DNA from: Antedon mediterranea
Taxonomy: Eukaryota > Animalia > Echinodermata
NCBI RefSeq assembly: GCF_964355755.1
Contig: NC_092674.1
Coordinates: 9,238,001 to 9,302,000, forward strand
Reading direction: 5' to 3'
DNA length: 64,000 nucleotides
This document shows positions 39,857 to 54,700 of this stretch, one piece after another. The first letter of the stretch is position 1, and every line of letters begins with the position of its first letter. The translations under genes were made by a program, and so were the position numbers. The notes beneath the pieces were generated by a model, which did no database searches, was not told the origin of the DNA, and saw only the letters and a list, made by a program, of their open reading frames with translations.

Positions 39857-42700
39857 ATATCTAAGATTACAAAACAACGACAATCAAAGAGCACACGGCG
39901 TTCCATACAGATTACCGTTATTGAACTAGCGGCCGCTTTGGTTGGCGGCCGCTTCGACTGTAATTCCTAGCTGGGTCACTATTACACTATCATAACAGGC
40001 ACTTTTGGCGCTCCATACAATATCGCATTCTGTAACCGGCGGCCGAGGTTGTCGGCGGCCGAGATGGACCTAAGCCGACTACACTAGTAGGCCTAGCTAG
40101 CCTCTTGGCAATTTAAAATCAAACCTTTTCTCTCTCAAAATGGTCAATAAGGTGGGACAATTGCAAGTTCTCTAACACATTAATCATGTCAATAAAATGA
40201 TTCGTCATATTGAAATAGCCTTTAAATTCATTTAATTCAACCAATTCCAACCCAACTATTCGAGATATTAGTGAACCAAACACTCTGTGCAGCAGCAGGC
40301 AGCAGCGCGTATGTTTTGTAAACTTTTCATAGACTCATTTCCAGCCGTTGATTTTCTTCCGTTTGACTCCATGTCAAAGGTTAGAATTTAATTGCACCGT
40401 ATAAAAAAAGGCCGATTTAAAACGAGCCGAACGTAATGCAGAAAGAGCCGAATAAAAAAGAGCCGAACGTAATGGTAAATGGGCCGAATAAAAAAGAGCC
40501 GAATGTTGAAAGAGCCGAACGCAATGGTAAATGAGCCGAATAGAAATGCGCCGAATGCTAAAAGAGCCGAACGTAATGGTAAATGGGCCGAATAGAAATG
40601 CGCCGAATGCTAAAAGAGCCGAACGTAATGCTAAAAGAGTCCAATAGAATTAACGTTTGCTGCCGGAGGCAGCGATGGCGTTCCATACTAGTCAGGCCTA
40701 CTGTAGGTCTCCTGCCGATAGAAGTACGGAGGCCTCACAGGACATCTACTGATAATGTGCACGGCTGCGCTCTATAGAGAGCGTAATTACTAATGTTAGC
40801 ATCAGTGATCTGTAACAGCTCACTGGTTAGCATGCACTAAATAATAATTTCATTTATTCCGACATGAGTTTCGCATTTTTAATAAAGAAATAGCATACAA
40901 TTGTTGTATTCACTATTTCATGTTTTATTTAAATTTTTTTTTTTTTTATTTTAATACTGTAGTAGAACAGGAAAGAAGATAAATATGGGACTGCAGACTC
41001 TTGAAGATATAATTATTTTAGCAATCTGACCAACTTTCCTGTTTATTTTAAACACCTCTTACAATACATGGAAGTGTGAAATGAAACAAAAACAGAAAGA
41101 TAATTCATTGAAATCAATGTAATACAATGATATATATATATAATAAAAACGTGATATAAAGCATTTTCCATCCAATTAAAAGAATTCTTTTCTTCTGCTG
41201 AAACTTAAATACACCGTTTCATGTATTCCTTTTCTTCATTTTATGTTCTTTCCTGTTGTGTAAATCTACATAAATAACATAAAAACAAATCAAATATAAC
41301 ATTAAATAATGATGCAACTATTCATTCATTTCAACAATATTTATGAGAAGAACTTATATATTTACAATGGTTTTTTTTATTTAATAGTATGACGCAGCAC
41401 TATATTTTGTAAAAGATGATTCCCAGTAAAGAACTGTATTCAAATAAACAACGTAATGTTGTATACTGGGATCAGTTTGAATGCGTAAATATTTGTTTTC
41501 TTCCATCTACAATCCTGAAACGAAAGCTTGCTATCACTTGCTATTACAACTGTAAACAAGAAATATTTCTTACTAAAAACGCTGCTCGCTTATTGAAAAA
41601 TATTTTTTATTTTAAATGTTTTTGAATGCGTCATCATTTTATTGTCGCATAATAGTTATTTTACCTGAAAAAATGAAATTTAAAGCAACAAATACTTAAA
41701 TTGTCTGTCAGACAATGGTTTTTGGGTTTCTTTTCTCTTTTTATATGTGAATAAATATCATTTTTTTGTTACAGAAGTGAATACTCAATTTCTGTCACTT
41801 TAGTTAATTTTATTGCTAAGGTCAAGTCTGGGGTCACTTCATCACTCTAGATATTTCAAGTGTGAAGTATCCTATTACAAACACAAACTTTAATGGACTG
41901 TTTCGATAATAATTCAATGAATATCTGACAGTGAATATACCAGAAATGCTTTGGGATTTGTAATTTTAGCATGTCCTAATAGACTCTTTTCCCAGACGTT
42001 TTTTGGGTCTACTGTAGCATCTGGAATCAATAAATTATAGTGGAGTTTCCATTTTCGCAAAACTGTTGTCCTTAGAACTATAACTGCTGCTTGCTTTAGC
42101 TTCTGATTGAGTAGTCCTAATGGGACGTAGCGGGCTAGAGCAGCAGCGTGAAAAAACCCTACAAGTAGCATTCACTAAAGATTGATGATAGCACAATAAA
42201 TGTTCTATATTTACAGTTGTAACTAATATTGGTAAACAAAGCAAAACAGCATCTAGTTATTCTAGATTGTCTACGCGACTATAAAACATCCCATACATAT
42301 GTAGTTTAAGTTGACTGCACCACTAATGAGTATGTTGCCACTGATCCAAAAGTGTTTGTCAATAAAGTTATTATTATTATATACAGTTTTCTTTGAATCT
42401 CTGTTGCAATTCTGCCTGTATTCCTGCCGATTCTTGTACGCTATCATGTTTACCAGTTGGAAAGCTGTAGCAACTGGCAGAAAAGAAGCTACTGCATAGT
42501 ATCAGGAGAGACTATACAGTATATCATATGGGATGAAAGTTGATGTCATAAGCTGTGATACTGCACGTTGTTTATTGTTGCTGGACATGATACAGCTCCT
42601 GAATTCTTAATTGATGGCATGAATGCCAACAATCATGCATAAATCTAGCATAGCAACTTAATTTGATCATCCAAGTAAAAGATAACAGTCTAACATCATT

Positions 42701-45700
42701 TCATACTTTTCCAGCAGGTAAATTTAGACTTCCCATCAGGTCTCGAATTGCTGGAAATATGGTGCATTCACCTAGAAACGTAGTACATAATAATTTAATA
42801 ATTAAAAATACATTTTTTTCCTGCAAACTTCAATTTAATTCAGTTCAATTAAACATTTATTCTTAAAAAAATACAGAAAAAAAATTAAGATAACAATAAA
42901 AACAGACACAATTAAAAAGACAAAAGTAGAAACTTGTAGTAGGCCCAATAGTATATATAATAATAATAGTTTATTCTTATATAGCGCATATAAGCAAGCT
43001 CTCAATTAAATTATTTAAATTATGGAAGAGAATTTTAGTAAACAATGTTCAGTTTTTACGCAAACACTTGTTTGAGGGAAGCCTTGATAATTTCGGGGTG
43101 AAGATGATATAGAGTATCACGGTGTGACGTCACAACGATAGAGAGCGCTGCATGGTTGCTAGCCAACCAAAAAATGCGTTCAACGCTACTATGTTGATAA
43201 ACTGTAAAGATCTGTATTTCTATCAAATTATGTATCTTAGCTTGATTTTTTTAACTTAAACTGTAGTTGAAGAATAAATAGATTTTTAAAAACAAATATT
43301 TAGTGATCTTTTGAAATTTTAGTTTGTTTTTATTGAAAATTATTATGTTTTAAAATTTTATTTTATTTTTTTATTTTATTCAATCAAAACCAACAGCGAT
43401 AAATACCGCCACTAACAGGTTTGAAACATAAAACAATACAACATCAAAAACGGTTAACAATAAAATACTACTTCAATAAGCCTATTCCAAACCATTGGTG
43501 ACTTCGGAGTCATTTTTGGTTGCGCTAGTAACCACGAAGCGCCACCCACTGTCGTGACGTCAGCACCGTGATACTCTATATAACTTGGGACCAGTAAATT
43601 AGTCTCAGTGTACTGAACATAGTACAACCATACCACATCAGAGTAGGGTGTAAACCATTTGAATTACTCACCTACCTACCTGACCTTCATAGTAAAATGA
43701 TCACCAAATAAGTAAACACATTCAAAATATAACATTTTTTTGCGCCACGCCTTGAGGCAGTTATATTCAAGAGGATGGAAGCATTAGGAAACTGTATCAC
43801 ACAGAGGCTTATAGTTTACTATGGCTGGAAAATGGGTATTTGGAAACCCGGACTAGGCATGCGCAAACCCCAAAAAACTTCTGGGAGAAAAGGCTATTAT
43901 GAGATACAGTAGGCGAATGGTGCGTATAGATGAAGAATTGTTTGATTAGTGAGTACGTTTGTGAGTGGCTGGGAAATTTGTTTACTGGAATGTTGGGGTA
44001 TGTGGGTCTCTACGGCCTTAAGAAGTCTCTACCCTGGAATTTGTAAAGTTGGCCGAATATAGTTTAGGACTTTTGGGACTACTTCAGACTATATTTACGT
44101 TACACGAAACTAATTGATAATAAATCGTTATTTCTTAAATTACAACAAATTTCAAGTAACTCGCTTTATATCCAAATTTATTTTGATTTTGAAATTATGT
44201 TTATTTTAGCAACTTAGTGTAGTAATTTTGTAAAATGTTGTTTTAAATAATATTATAGAACAAACCTCCCAACAAAGTTTGTTGGTATCAGTGGATCTCA
44301 ATCTGTAAGCATAGGTAAAGGTTAAAGGGTCTTTCACACCTGTTCCAGCACGGTTCCGGTCCGGCGGCGGATAATCCAATCGAACGTCAATGTTTCGTTT
44401 TACGAGGCCACGCGCATATCGATTGGCGCATAGCCACATGAAAACGAAACATTGGCATTCGTTTCGCCGGACCGGAACTGTGCCGGAACAGGTGTGAAAG
44501 GCCCTTAATAGGGCAGAAGTGGAGGAAAAGGTATAAAAATAATATTGAATACTTACTGCTATTCATATTGTATTCGCTCCAATGTTTCAATACATTTGAA
44601 ACGAGTAGGGATGTAGGATTATTTTGTAGTGCTGGCTGCTCCAATTGTAGTGTTGAGTTATTAGGGTAGTGGACAATGGGTATGATGATTGATTGCGGTT
44701 CTTGGTTAGGGACATTTCTGGTTAGCTGGATCTGAAAATGAGCAAATAAGGGCAAATTAATTGAAAGAAGAATTACATAATTAATAATAAGCAGAAACAC
44801 TTCCCATTTGCAAGGTTCAACAAAGCAAAAATGGCTTAAAAAATCAATTAAACTTAAATATTTGTTGGTATTACTGTATTAAAAACAAACAAAACATGAA
44901 AGAAAGAAAGATTTAATGGGTCATACAGGGTAGGGACAGACATAACAAATAATTGTATGATCCTTAAAGCTCTACCTACACTATCAAACTAGTTTAACAA
45001 AAAAAGTGACATGCCAAAATATGGTAGTGATATGACACCAACGTATATGGACACATCACATTTGTTTGTCACATATATGATATGTAGACCGAGCTTAAAA
45101 CAGAGGATCTCTCTCTCATACATACAAACATTTTACACATTTTTGGTCCAATTGTTTTTATAAACTGCTAAAAAGAGGTGCATTTTTGTTTTGCTTATTG
45201 AAGCAGAACTCTCCTGTCTCAAAAATATGGTGCGTGTCTACCCTGTCCTCCAGCTACACATTGGTGTAAATGTACATTGACTTACGAAGATTAGTATCTT
45301 TTTGCTGACAACCACAGCAAGACTACCAAACCCTGCCACTGCTATATTGTTTGGTGGAATTGTCAAGCACAACTGTAAAGACCATTTCAGAGTTCTATCG
45401 GGAACCTGAAAAATTAGTATCACAATAATTAGGATTAATTCACCAAAGTGTTGCACTAACTATTTTTAAATAAATAAATTTATTATTAGAAAAAGGAGAA
45501 TAGGAAGGGAAATTTTAAGGAGAAGTAAAAAAAAAATACACACAACCGCACACTCTTATAGAAAAGTGAGAGTTTTTGTAAAACACAAAAAAAAAAACCT
45601 AAAAGCCCTGAATAGGCAACCAAAAACTCTGAATCGCGTCACACAAATGATAGAGGTAGGCATGACCAGTTTTACGTTGACATAAGCACCTACGTAAACT

Positions 45701-48700
45701 CACAGACATTAATCCCTTTTTTAACTTTACAATTTTTTAGCAGCAACTTTTCGCGAACCATGTGTAAAGCACTCGTGAGCTGGATTAGGCGTATGGTCTA
45801 CTTTTAAGAACCCTGGATGTAGACCATCTTGGTTGAAAGTAAATCTTGAACACTTACCAATTCCAATCTCATTAGCTGAATAAAATCATGTAAAATACGA
45901 GTTGGTGCGCTAATCAATCTCATGAAGGCATTCAGGGTGGTTACTTTGTATGGTGGACATGAAACCTATAAAAAGAATAAAAAAATACATTTTTCAAAAT
46001 TAAATATGTCCTGAACCCACAGTATGTCAAGGATTAAGAATAGTAAGAATAAGTCCTTTCTGTGTCTATATTAAACTACTGTTAGGTTGCATGCACACTG
46101 ATTATCACTGTAATTTTGAACAAGTTGTAAGTATGATAATCAATATGGAGTATATGTATATATTACATGGTTGCAGTGAGTCTATTGAACTTTTACGAGG
46201 TGAACAGCCAAATATATTGCTTAATTTTGTGCTCAATTGAATTTTTATGCAATAAGTGATTGACAATGGTATAATTTAAAAGTCTTAAAAAAACTATACA
46301 CAAAAATATATAAGCCTACATTGATAATTATTGGGTCTTACCTTTACTTCAAAGAATCTACTAAGGACATGCATCTCTTCTGTGGTCCAATGATCAGAAT
46401 TATCTGAAACATAATTTAATGTAAAATGATAAATGAATGTTGTTCCTACTCAAATGTACAAATGAATACTGCTGCTACATTCAGTTGTAGAAAGAGCGAC
46501 ACAAACACCCATGGGAAGCTACGGAATAGATTATTGATCATTATTGAATATTGGTCATTATTGATTATTGATAATAATGAGAGTGATTTGCAGTGGTCCC
46601 TTACCTTGTACTGGCTTTGCATGGAGCTGTAGTGTAAGGTTGACGGCCGGGTTGAATAACACTCTAAATAGCAGAGTATCCGACTTGAACTGAATAACAC
46701 CTGGTTCTGTAGATGGGAGCACTTGTAACTAGAGATAAACAAAATTGAAAAGTAAATTATCAAAATGATACAGTCAACTCTAAATCTCTGTCTACACTAT
46801 CAAACTTTATGTGCCATAAAATGTGATGTGCCCATATATTTACATGAAGTCATATCAATACTATTTGAGCATATCACTACCATACTTGGGCACATTCAAA
46901 ATTGTTTTTTGACAAACTAGTTTGATGGTGTAGGCAGAGCTTAAAGATTGGTTTTCATTAGGATGCAACAGTGGGACATACATAGGCAATTTGACCAATC
47001 AGAAGCGACAGACTGTCTATCCAAACTGTTTGCTTGTAAATGATAAAATTACGTATATTGAGCATACGTCCATGGGTTGCTTCCTAGGGAACCATGCTTA
47101 ACCAAAACCCATTGTTTCCTATTTTTCACTAATAAATTTAAAGATGTATTGTCCCTTTAATTGTCAAATTCCAAAAAACTTAATATAAAAAGATTGCGAA
47201 AAAAAGTGGATCATTATGAAGTATCATAATAGTTATTAACTTTCACTAAAAATTAGTCGAAAAAAAATTTACTCAACTGAAATACAGACGTTTTTTGGTT
47301 CAAAAAATAACTTTGACTTCCAGTCAAAGTTTTCGATCAAAACATATCTTATTAAATGCAATGCGCTTATTTGGCTACTCTGTATGCATAATCCTAAAAC
47401 TTCCTCTCGATCTGTGTGAAAACACCTTCTCAACCGTGACGAGTTGTAAACAATCCTAATTAGCATCATGCATAATGTATACTCATGGTTTGAAATCTTT
47501 GTTTACTTTCGCTCGCGACTATTTTCCAGACGAAATGTAATCAAATTAATTTAGCTGTTAATTACGTAAAATTGTCGTTTTTGGCTCGAATTTTCGACTT
47601 AAAGTGAATAACTTTAATATTACTTTGATATGGCCAATTAAAATTTAGTATATTTTGACCTTCATTTTTTTGTGTTTCAAGGGACAATACATCTCTAAGA
47701 ATTTACAGTTTAACATGAAAGTTGTAGTAATACAGTACTTTAATTTCATGTAATATCTTGTTTCATGTTGAAGTGTTGTGCAAATTTGAATGTAATACCA
47801 GGTGTCAATCACATATTTAAAAAGTCAATGAAAAAATACTTACCAATTCCAATTTATTTTGTCCAGTTGCATGAAGAACTCTCAGTAAATGTTTCTTAAG
47901 GTAGATAGCGGACAAAAAGCGTTCCAGAGGGCAGCATTGGTATGGTGCTGCACCTGTTGTGCTTGCTAGACCACCCGGTGTAGCAGGTGTACAAAGTTTG
48001 TGCAAAGCATCATGGGACAGAATTGTGGGAATGGAGCCTGCCCAAGAACGTTGTGGGAGGGTGCGTGATGGTTGACTCTGGACTGATCCTAAAGAAAACA
48101 TTTGTATGAATTAAAAGGGAGACAAAAACACATAATATTTGATTATGTTTAATTTTAATTCAATAAATTGAAAATAATGTCCTCTAAATATTCCAAAACT
48201 CTCTGGATTTATACTAAAAATAAGAAAATATTAAAAAATAAAAGAAAACGAAAAGTTACAATGCACATTATTGACTTACCTATCATAGCCGGTGGCTGTG
48301 AGGCATGTTGCTGTATGGCATTACCAGGGGAATGTATATTAGCACTCCCAGGGCTTTGATGCCTGATGCTAGGTGATAGACCAGGTACAGAGGGTGAGGC
48401 AGGCCAGGTACGTGGGCTGGGCATTGAAATACTCATGTTGGTGTATGGAGATCCGTGACTCTCATGCATGCCTACTGTTTGAAACAACAATTACAATATT
48501 AGTTAATATTTGATAATAGTATCAAGGTGTTTATATTTGTATTGGTGATGGATGATGATTGTGAAGCTCTTTACTACTTGCTACAGCTCCTCTAACACTT
48601 GCAATGTCTTAATAAATTAGGATAATTTGCCTTTACATATCGAGATATAAGGAAAGTGATATTCCCACTGGGAAAACATACTTTTACTGGTCCCCAGTAG

Positions 48701-51700
48701 AAGACTGTTCTCCCAGGGTAAACCACTTTCCTGTCATACAATTTCATATCTATTTCTTCTACTGGTCCATAGTAGAAGAAATAAATAAAATAATAGTAAA
48801 ATAGTTTAATGCAGTCTTCAGTAAAAGGTTGAGGGAGACGTATTACTGTTTCACTGATGTAATTAGTCAATAAACCATGTTAATACGGGTATGGTGGAGA
48901 ATATTTATTATATTTTATACTGCTTACCTTGGCTCATAAATGGGACTCCGGCCGGAGATTGAAGGTTGACACTCATTGGTGATGGTACAGGTACAAAACC
49001 TGGAGAAGGGGCATGATGCATATTACCAGGTGACCCTGCAGCAAATGCTAGAAACAAGAAAGTAAGATTAATTATTAATTCATCATAGTCATCAGTGGCA
49101 TCATCAGTTCAAAGGTTGACATCTTAGTTGTCCATTTTAATCTTTTCACTGTTCTCTTCAGCTATTTGTATGAATATGTATTACAATGTATTTAACAGGC
49201 CACCATCAGGACCATAGAAAGTTTTCTCTGAATCTGAATAGGAGTTGGTCGTAGCGTTAAATCATAAGTTGCTCCTTGTTCGTTTTACAGGAAAGTATCC
49301 CTTTAATAGCTGAAAAGGTGTTCCCACTGAAAAGGGGTGTTCCAAAGGCAGGATGGTAATGTATATCAAGAGCAGGGATGAGAGTGAGGAAAAAAAAAGA
49401 TGTAATTTTATAATGTAGATTTTATTATTGAATGTTTATGGTAAGATCGAGAGAGATGAATAAGAAACGTGAAACGCATGTCCTCCAACTGGAAATTAGG
49501 CATTTGTGAAGATATTAACCCCGCGGCCGGTTTCATTACACAAATATTTGAACAGTTCATGGTTACTGAAAATAATACCATGTCAATATACAGTAAATAG
49601 CACCACCAACAAAGGCAATAGTTTGCTAGGAAAACAATCTCATTTATATTTAAAAATCCAGATCGTTTGACACCCGGCCCACCTAAAAAAAACTCTTCGG
49701 ATTTGAAATAATATCGAGAGGTTCAAAATAATACTAAAACGCAGAAATTCACAGATATTTTTCATCCCTGCAAGAGAGTGGACAATAACATGTGTTCAGC
49801 AATAAATGATATGCTTACCAGGTGATGGTGTTCCAAGCTTAGATCCTGATGGGGATGGTACAATGCTTGGCGGTGATGCCAGTGGGCATGCTACACCTGG
49901 TGACTGTAAATTATATTGCTGTCAAAGAGAATAGTAATACGATTACATAAGATAACATTAAATTTGATATTATACAATGTCAGAGTGCGTTTGTACAGAT
50001 GCGGCGCACTCAAGGGTATTTACAATGTTGGCACAGGTTCAAGGTTCTCCATGGCTATAGGGTAGAATAAGTCTTTGATAAAGATTTCAAACTGGAGGTT
50101 CAGTGTACGCATCTGGGCTGCATGCACTTTTACCCATTGCATATTTAGGAAGCGTAGGGGGGGGGGGGGGGGGGGTTTACTCCAGTGTGATACTGGTCCA
50201 TCTCAGCCCTGTCGTTTGTGGTAGGCACTGCACTGTGGCTGCCATGGGAACCAAATAATACAAATTTCCTCAATTGAGAATATATTAATACAAAAAAAAA
50301 GTGTATTTTTAACACAATTACACATACAATTTGTGGATTTGTAATAAAAAAAACAAAAACAAAGCTCTTTATTCATGTTAAGTAAAAAAACAACAGAAAT
50401 TTACTTGTTGCAAAACTGAGGTATGTGGGGAGGCTGGATGAGCCGGGCTATTACCCACTCCATGCATATAGCCAGATGTGTTGTGCTGCCCAGCACGTTG
50501 CAAAGGGCTCGCCCCTGTTGGTTGCTGGGCGGGTGGAAACAGATCCATAGTGTCCATTGCAACCGGTGATGGTGGGTTGTCATCTTCTGTGATTGATCGT
50601 CGCTTAGCATGCAGGACGGTGTCATCAACAAACATGTCAAGAAAGACCTGTAAAAGAAAATGCATTTAATATAAATTTGAAAGTTATTTAAAATAGATTA
50701 ACATAGACATTTATGGTGATAAAGATATATTTTTGTTTGTCCATAAGATTGGAAAGGATTGTGAAGAAATAATATATATATAAAAAGTCATTTTATAGGT
50801 TTTTAAAACAAGACACTGTGGTTTGATGTTTTTTTTTCTTTGCACATGGGTTTTACGCTACAAGTTTTGTAAAATCCACTATTAATGGTATTTTTTTTCT
50901 TGATTTAATTCGTTAAATTTGCTATTTAATTTTCTATGCACCATAAATATAAATAAATGTTTATGAAATTAACGAAATGTGCTTACTGTAGAATTGTGTT
51001 AAATAAAGACGAAAATAAAAAATAAAAATCATACCTTAAGACTATGAGTCGGGTTGAGTCCTGTAACAACTTTACTTGTGTCAAATAAACTATGAGCTCC
51101 ATCTGAAATTATTAATTGTTTTGAGAAAGGCTTATATTCAAGTATAAATGTGTCTTTGGACAAGACTTAGCAACAAGATATTGGAAGGAGTAATACTCAG
51201 AGTGGTTGATTGTACATACCTCTGATAGCGACCATGTTCTTTCCTCGGCATTGTACATCTATACAGTAGATATTTCTATACACAATTCTAATATGCATTG
51301 ACGATTGGGGTACCACAGTAAATTGTTGCAGAGGGTAATGAGGGTGCTAAAAATAAAAATAATAAATAAAAAAACACACAAATAAGGATGGTTAATTCAG
51401 TTTGACATGCATTTATTATTATTATTATTTTGTTGTGATTCATTTTTGTTTTTTCACAAGATAGAAACTATAATATTTAAAACTATGTAGAAAATTGATG
51501 GATATTATAACAGTAGTGCATTTCAGTCATAGTGTGAATAGGGTATTGAGTGATTCTAACAAAAATGCACAATTTTCTAAAAAACTATATTTGACATGAC
51601 AATCTAACTTCTAAAAGAAGAGATGTCTTACCATGATTGCGCCTAGTTCAGGCCGTTTTGGTAGCTTAGATATTGCCTGTAGAGGGCTGTATGTATCTTG

Positions 51701-54700
51701 CAACACCTAGGAGAGAAAATTAATTATGGTGAATAAGTTGACAAGTAGAATGGAAATCTGTCTACAAATGAAAAGAGCAATGGTTTTTGGTATAACATTA
51801 TTTATAGGCCTGTTTTGTGGCACAAAAACCTGGCTATATGATCAGTAACATTTAATACCTCTCAACGTGATATAAAATCGATCAATTAAATGGCAATAAC
51901 CGACTTTATTATATTTCTCTATTAAGAATATTCAACCTCTCAATAAAGGATATCGTAATCCTTACCTGCATAAGTTGCGCAATGTTTTGGTGCTGGTTGA
52001 ACTCGTGACGGAGTTGCTCCGATATGAGGACATGACAGTTGGCAGCCTTAGCCGATCCTCCTGTTCCCAGCGGCAGCGTAAAACCTTTCCGGTCAGGCTC
52101 CCATCGGATGGTAATCTTCAAAATAAAACAATGAAACTTTTGCATTTTATTGAGTTTGTTAAACCTTTATTTAACATTTGACTTCATTTTGTCATTTGGT
52201 TGGAGGATTGTAGGTCACATGATATTATATAAATGTTCTATTGCAATCTGTATGATGTCATCGAGAGTGCAATATCGTTATATGTGCATAAATATTGCAT
52301 TCATTTACAGATTCATTTTGGTTATACAGTGACAAGAGGCTAGGCTAATCATGATTATCCTGTAGTATGCGCTGTCTATAATAGGAGTTCCGCATTGCCG
52401 AATGGTTTAGGCCTTCGTTAAAGTAGGTGTGTTATACAGAAGTAGTGAATGTTTTAATTCATGCAATGGAACAAATAATCTCATTAGGTGAAAAATGAAA
52501 ATATGTTATAATCTGTGATTTTTTACCACATGAAATTATTTGAACCATTGCACTGATAAACATTCATTAATTGTATGATAGATAACAAAAAACTAACCGT
52601 GTTTGATTTGTCCTTTCCGTAAGACATTGTCAGTCGCTTGTATGAGAATGACCTCACTTCAACATTTAGCTGATTTCCAAATTCTTAAAATAGATAAGTC
52701 AGTTAATTCAGATAATTGCTACTACTGTACTAAGAAAACAGTCAAATCAAATCAGCACTGTAAAAAAATGTGATGTGCCCATATATGGACATAATGACAT
52801 CATATCACTACCATATTTAGATACATCACACCTTTTTGTCAAACTAGTTTGATAGTGTAGACAGAGCTTGAAAAAAGGGTCTTGGCATTGTGTGAACAAC
52901 AAACAGTGTTGAGTTGGAGGTGTGTTCTATATTATCTAGTTATAGTTGCATATTTGACTAATTACCATTGAGGACTGGAGCAAATTCAAGTACTGGTTTG
53001 TACAGCCGTACAATAGCATACCACTCATGTAAAAACTGCCTCCACATCACAGATGTACCACCTGATGTGTGTTCATATGCAAGAGTCACATGACGAATAG
53101 GAACTAAAAACAAAACAAAAAGTTATAGCTAGCAGAAATTTAACTAGAGAAAACCAAAAAAAATTACAGTAAAAGAGTATGTAAAAATAATTATACTGCA
53201 GTTGCTGCAGTAACTAGATTTTGTTTACTCTTTCACCTGTCTATGCAATTATAACAAGCTTCTTCAAGCTGTTTAATGCAATGTCTGCCTCATAAACTTA
53301 CACACTGAAAAACACTAAAACCATAACGTTTTAAAACATGTAGTTACGGCAGTAACTGCAAGATGAATAGTTTTTTAATGATTCTTAAATTAATTAATAA
53401 CATGTTTTTAAAAACATAACATACATATCAGAAACAAATCTGTCCCTTACAGCATGTTAAAAAAAACCAAAAAGTTTGTAATTTGGCTGAGCTTAAAATA
53501 TCTAGTTTTCTGAATGCAAAATTGAATATTATGAAACAGCTTGGGATGTTAAGTCAATCCTGGTTTGTAGTTTCCATTATTTAGACTGTCTAAATAACAG
53601 TTTTAATTCCAAAGTTAATTGTATTTTAATACACAGTATTCTTACCTTGCTCCTTTGGGTTGGTGCTTTTTAATGGACAATTTGCAAAACATAACTAAAA
53701 AGAGAAACAAAATATCAAAAAACTAATGCACAATATTAACTTTGCAACTATACGTATAATATAAAAGTGATACAGCATTAATATACTGCTCTACTGTTGA
53801 TCAATTATGTCACGTTATTCTACCCTCTTGTTATTTCATTCACTAGAGAGAATGCAGTGTAATGTTATGGATATTGGACTAACATCTGGCAGGCATTGTT
53901 TCAAGACCTGCCTGTGCCATATCGCTTGTATCATTGGGAAAGATATTTTCCTGTCATTGTTGCCTTGTCATTCTTGAAAAGCTATTAATGTACCTACATT
54001 GTACATGTGCATGCTAAAAAACTTGTTACACTATTTGGAAAGAGTACAAGATTGGTCTTTGAGGGATCATTGTCTTGGATGGGGTAGAACGGTTTTACAA
54101 GTATAAAGCAAACAGATAATCAATCGACCGACCTGCACTTGCCATCTCATGCTGCTTGAAAGCTGAAGTCGGAATGAACAGCTGACTAAATTCTTAGCAA
54201 GTTCCTCTGCTGCGTGTGTACATGGCCCTTCAAATGGTGGTGCACTAAAAAAGACAACAAAAACAAGGAATATTAGATTTAATCAATTGTAGATCATATT
54301 GTTAATTTAAAAAATGGTAAAAATCATAAATTTGGGTCATGGTGGAAACTATCAAAACACAGATTACCTTGTAAGCATTTGATGACATTTAATGACAGTA
54401 TCATTAATAGTGAAGATAGTATCAATAGGATCAAATGAAAATGATGGTTTTGATAACTTAATAACCAACCAAATTATTGTACAACTGTTAGCTAAGACAC
54501 CACCATTAATGCTGTACACCTGAACAGCTTCATAGCGTGGCTATTGTCAAACATTAAAGTAAATGTATTTTATATATATCTTCTTACCTAGTTAATTTGA
54601 CAACCAGTCCAACTCCTTCCCCTTCCACCTGTACACCTTGATTTGATATGTTGTTTTTACTCAGCTAAAATACAATGAAATAACAAAGTTCATAAATAAA

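Larger units (their letters stand above)
35406..40685. mobile_element. 5.3-kb TIR DNA transposon derivative (IS3EU-like termini)
   Basis: TATGGAACGCCATC.../...GATGGCGTTCCATA ends, followed by about 300-350 bp of inverted ATTCGGC/GCCGAA subrepeat arrays. TACTA lies on both flanks. Superfamily assignment is tentative. Confidence 0.8.

Noticed and set aside
39396-39929. 177-aa repetitive ORF with an LRR-like look
   Set aside because: Arises from a 78-bp minisatellite; no splice signals or domain support.
43649-44104. Possible solo LTR in the last MED14 intron
   Set aside because: TGT...ACA ends are present but there is no TSD and no second copy in the window.
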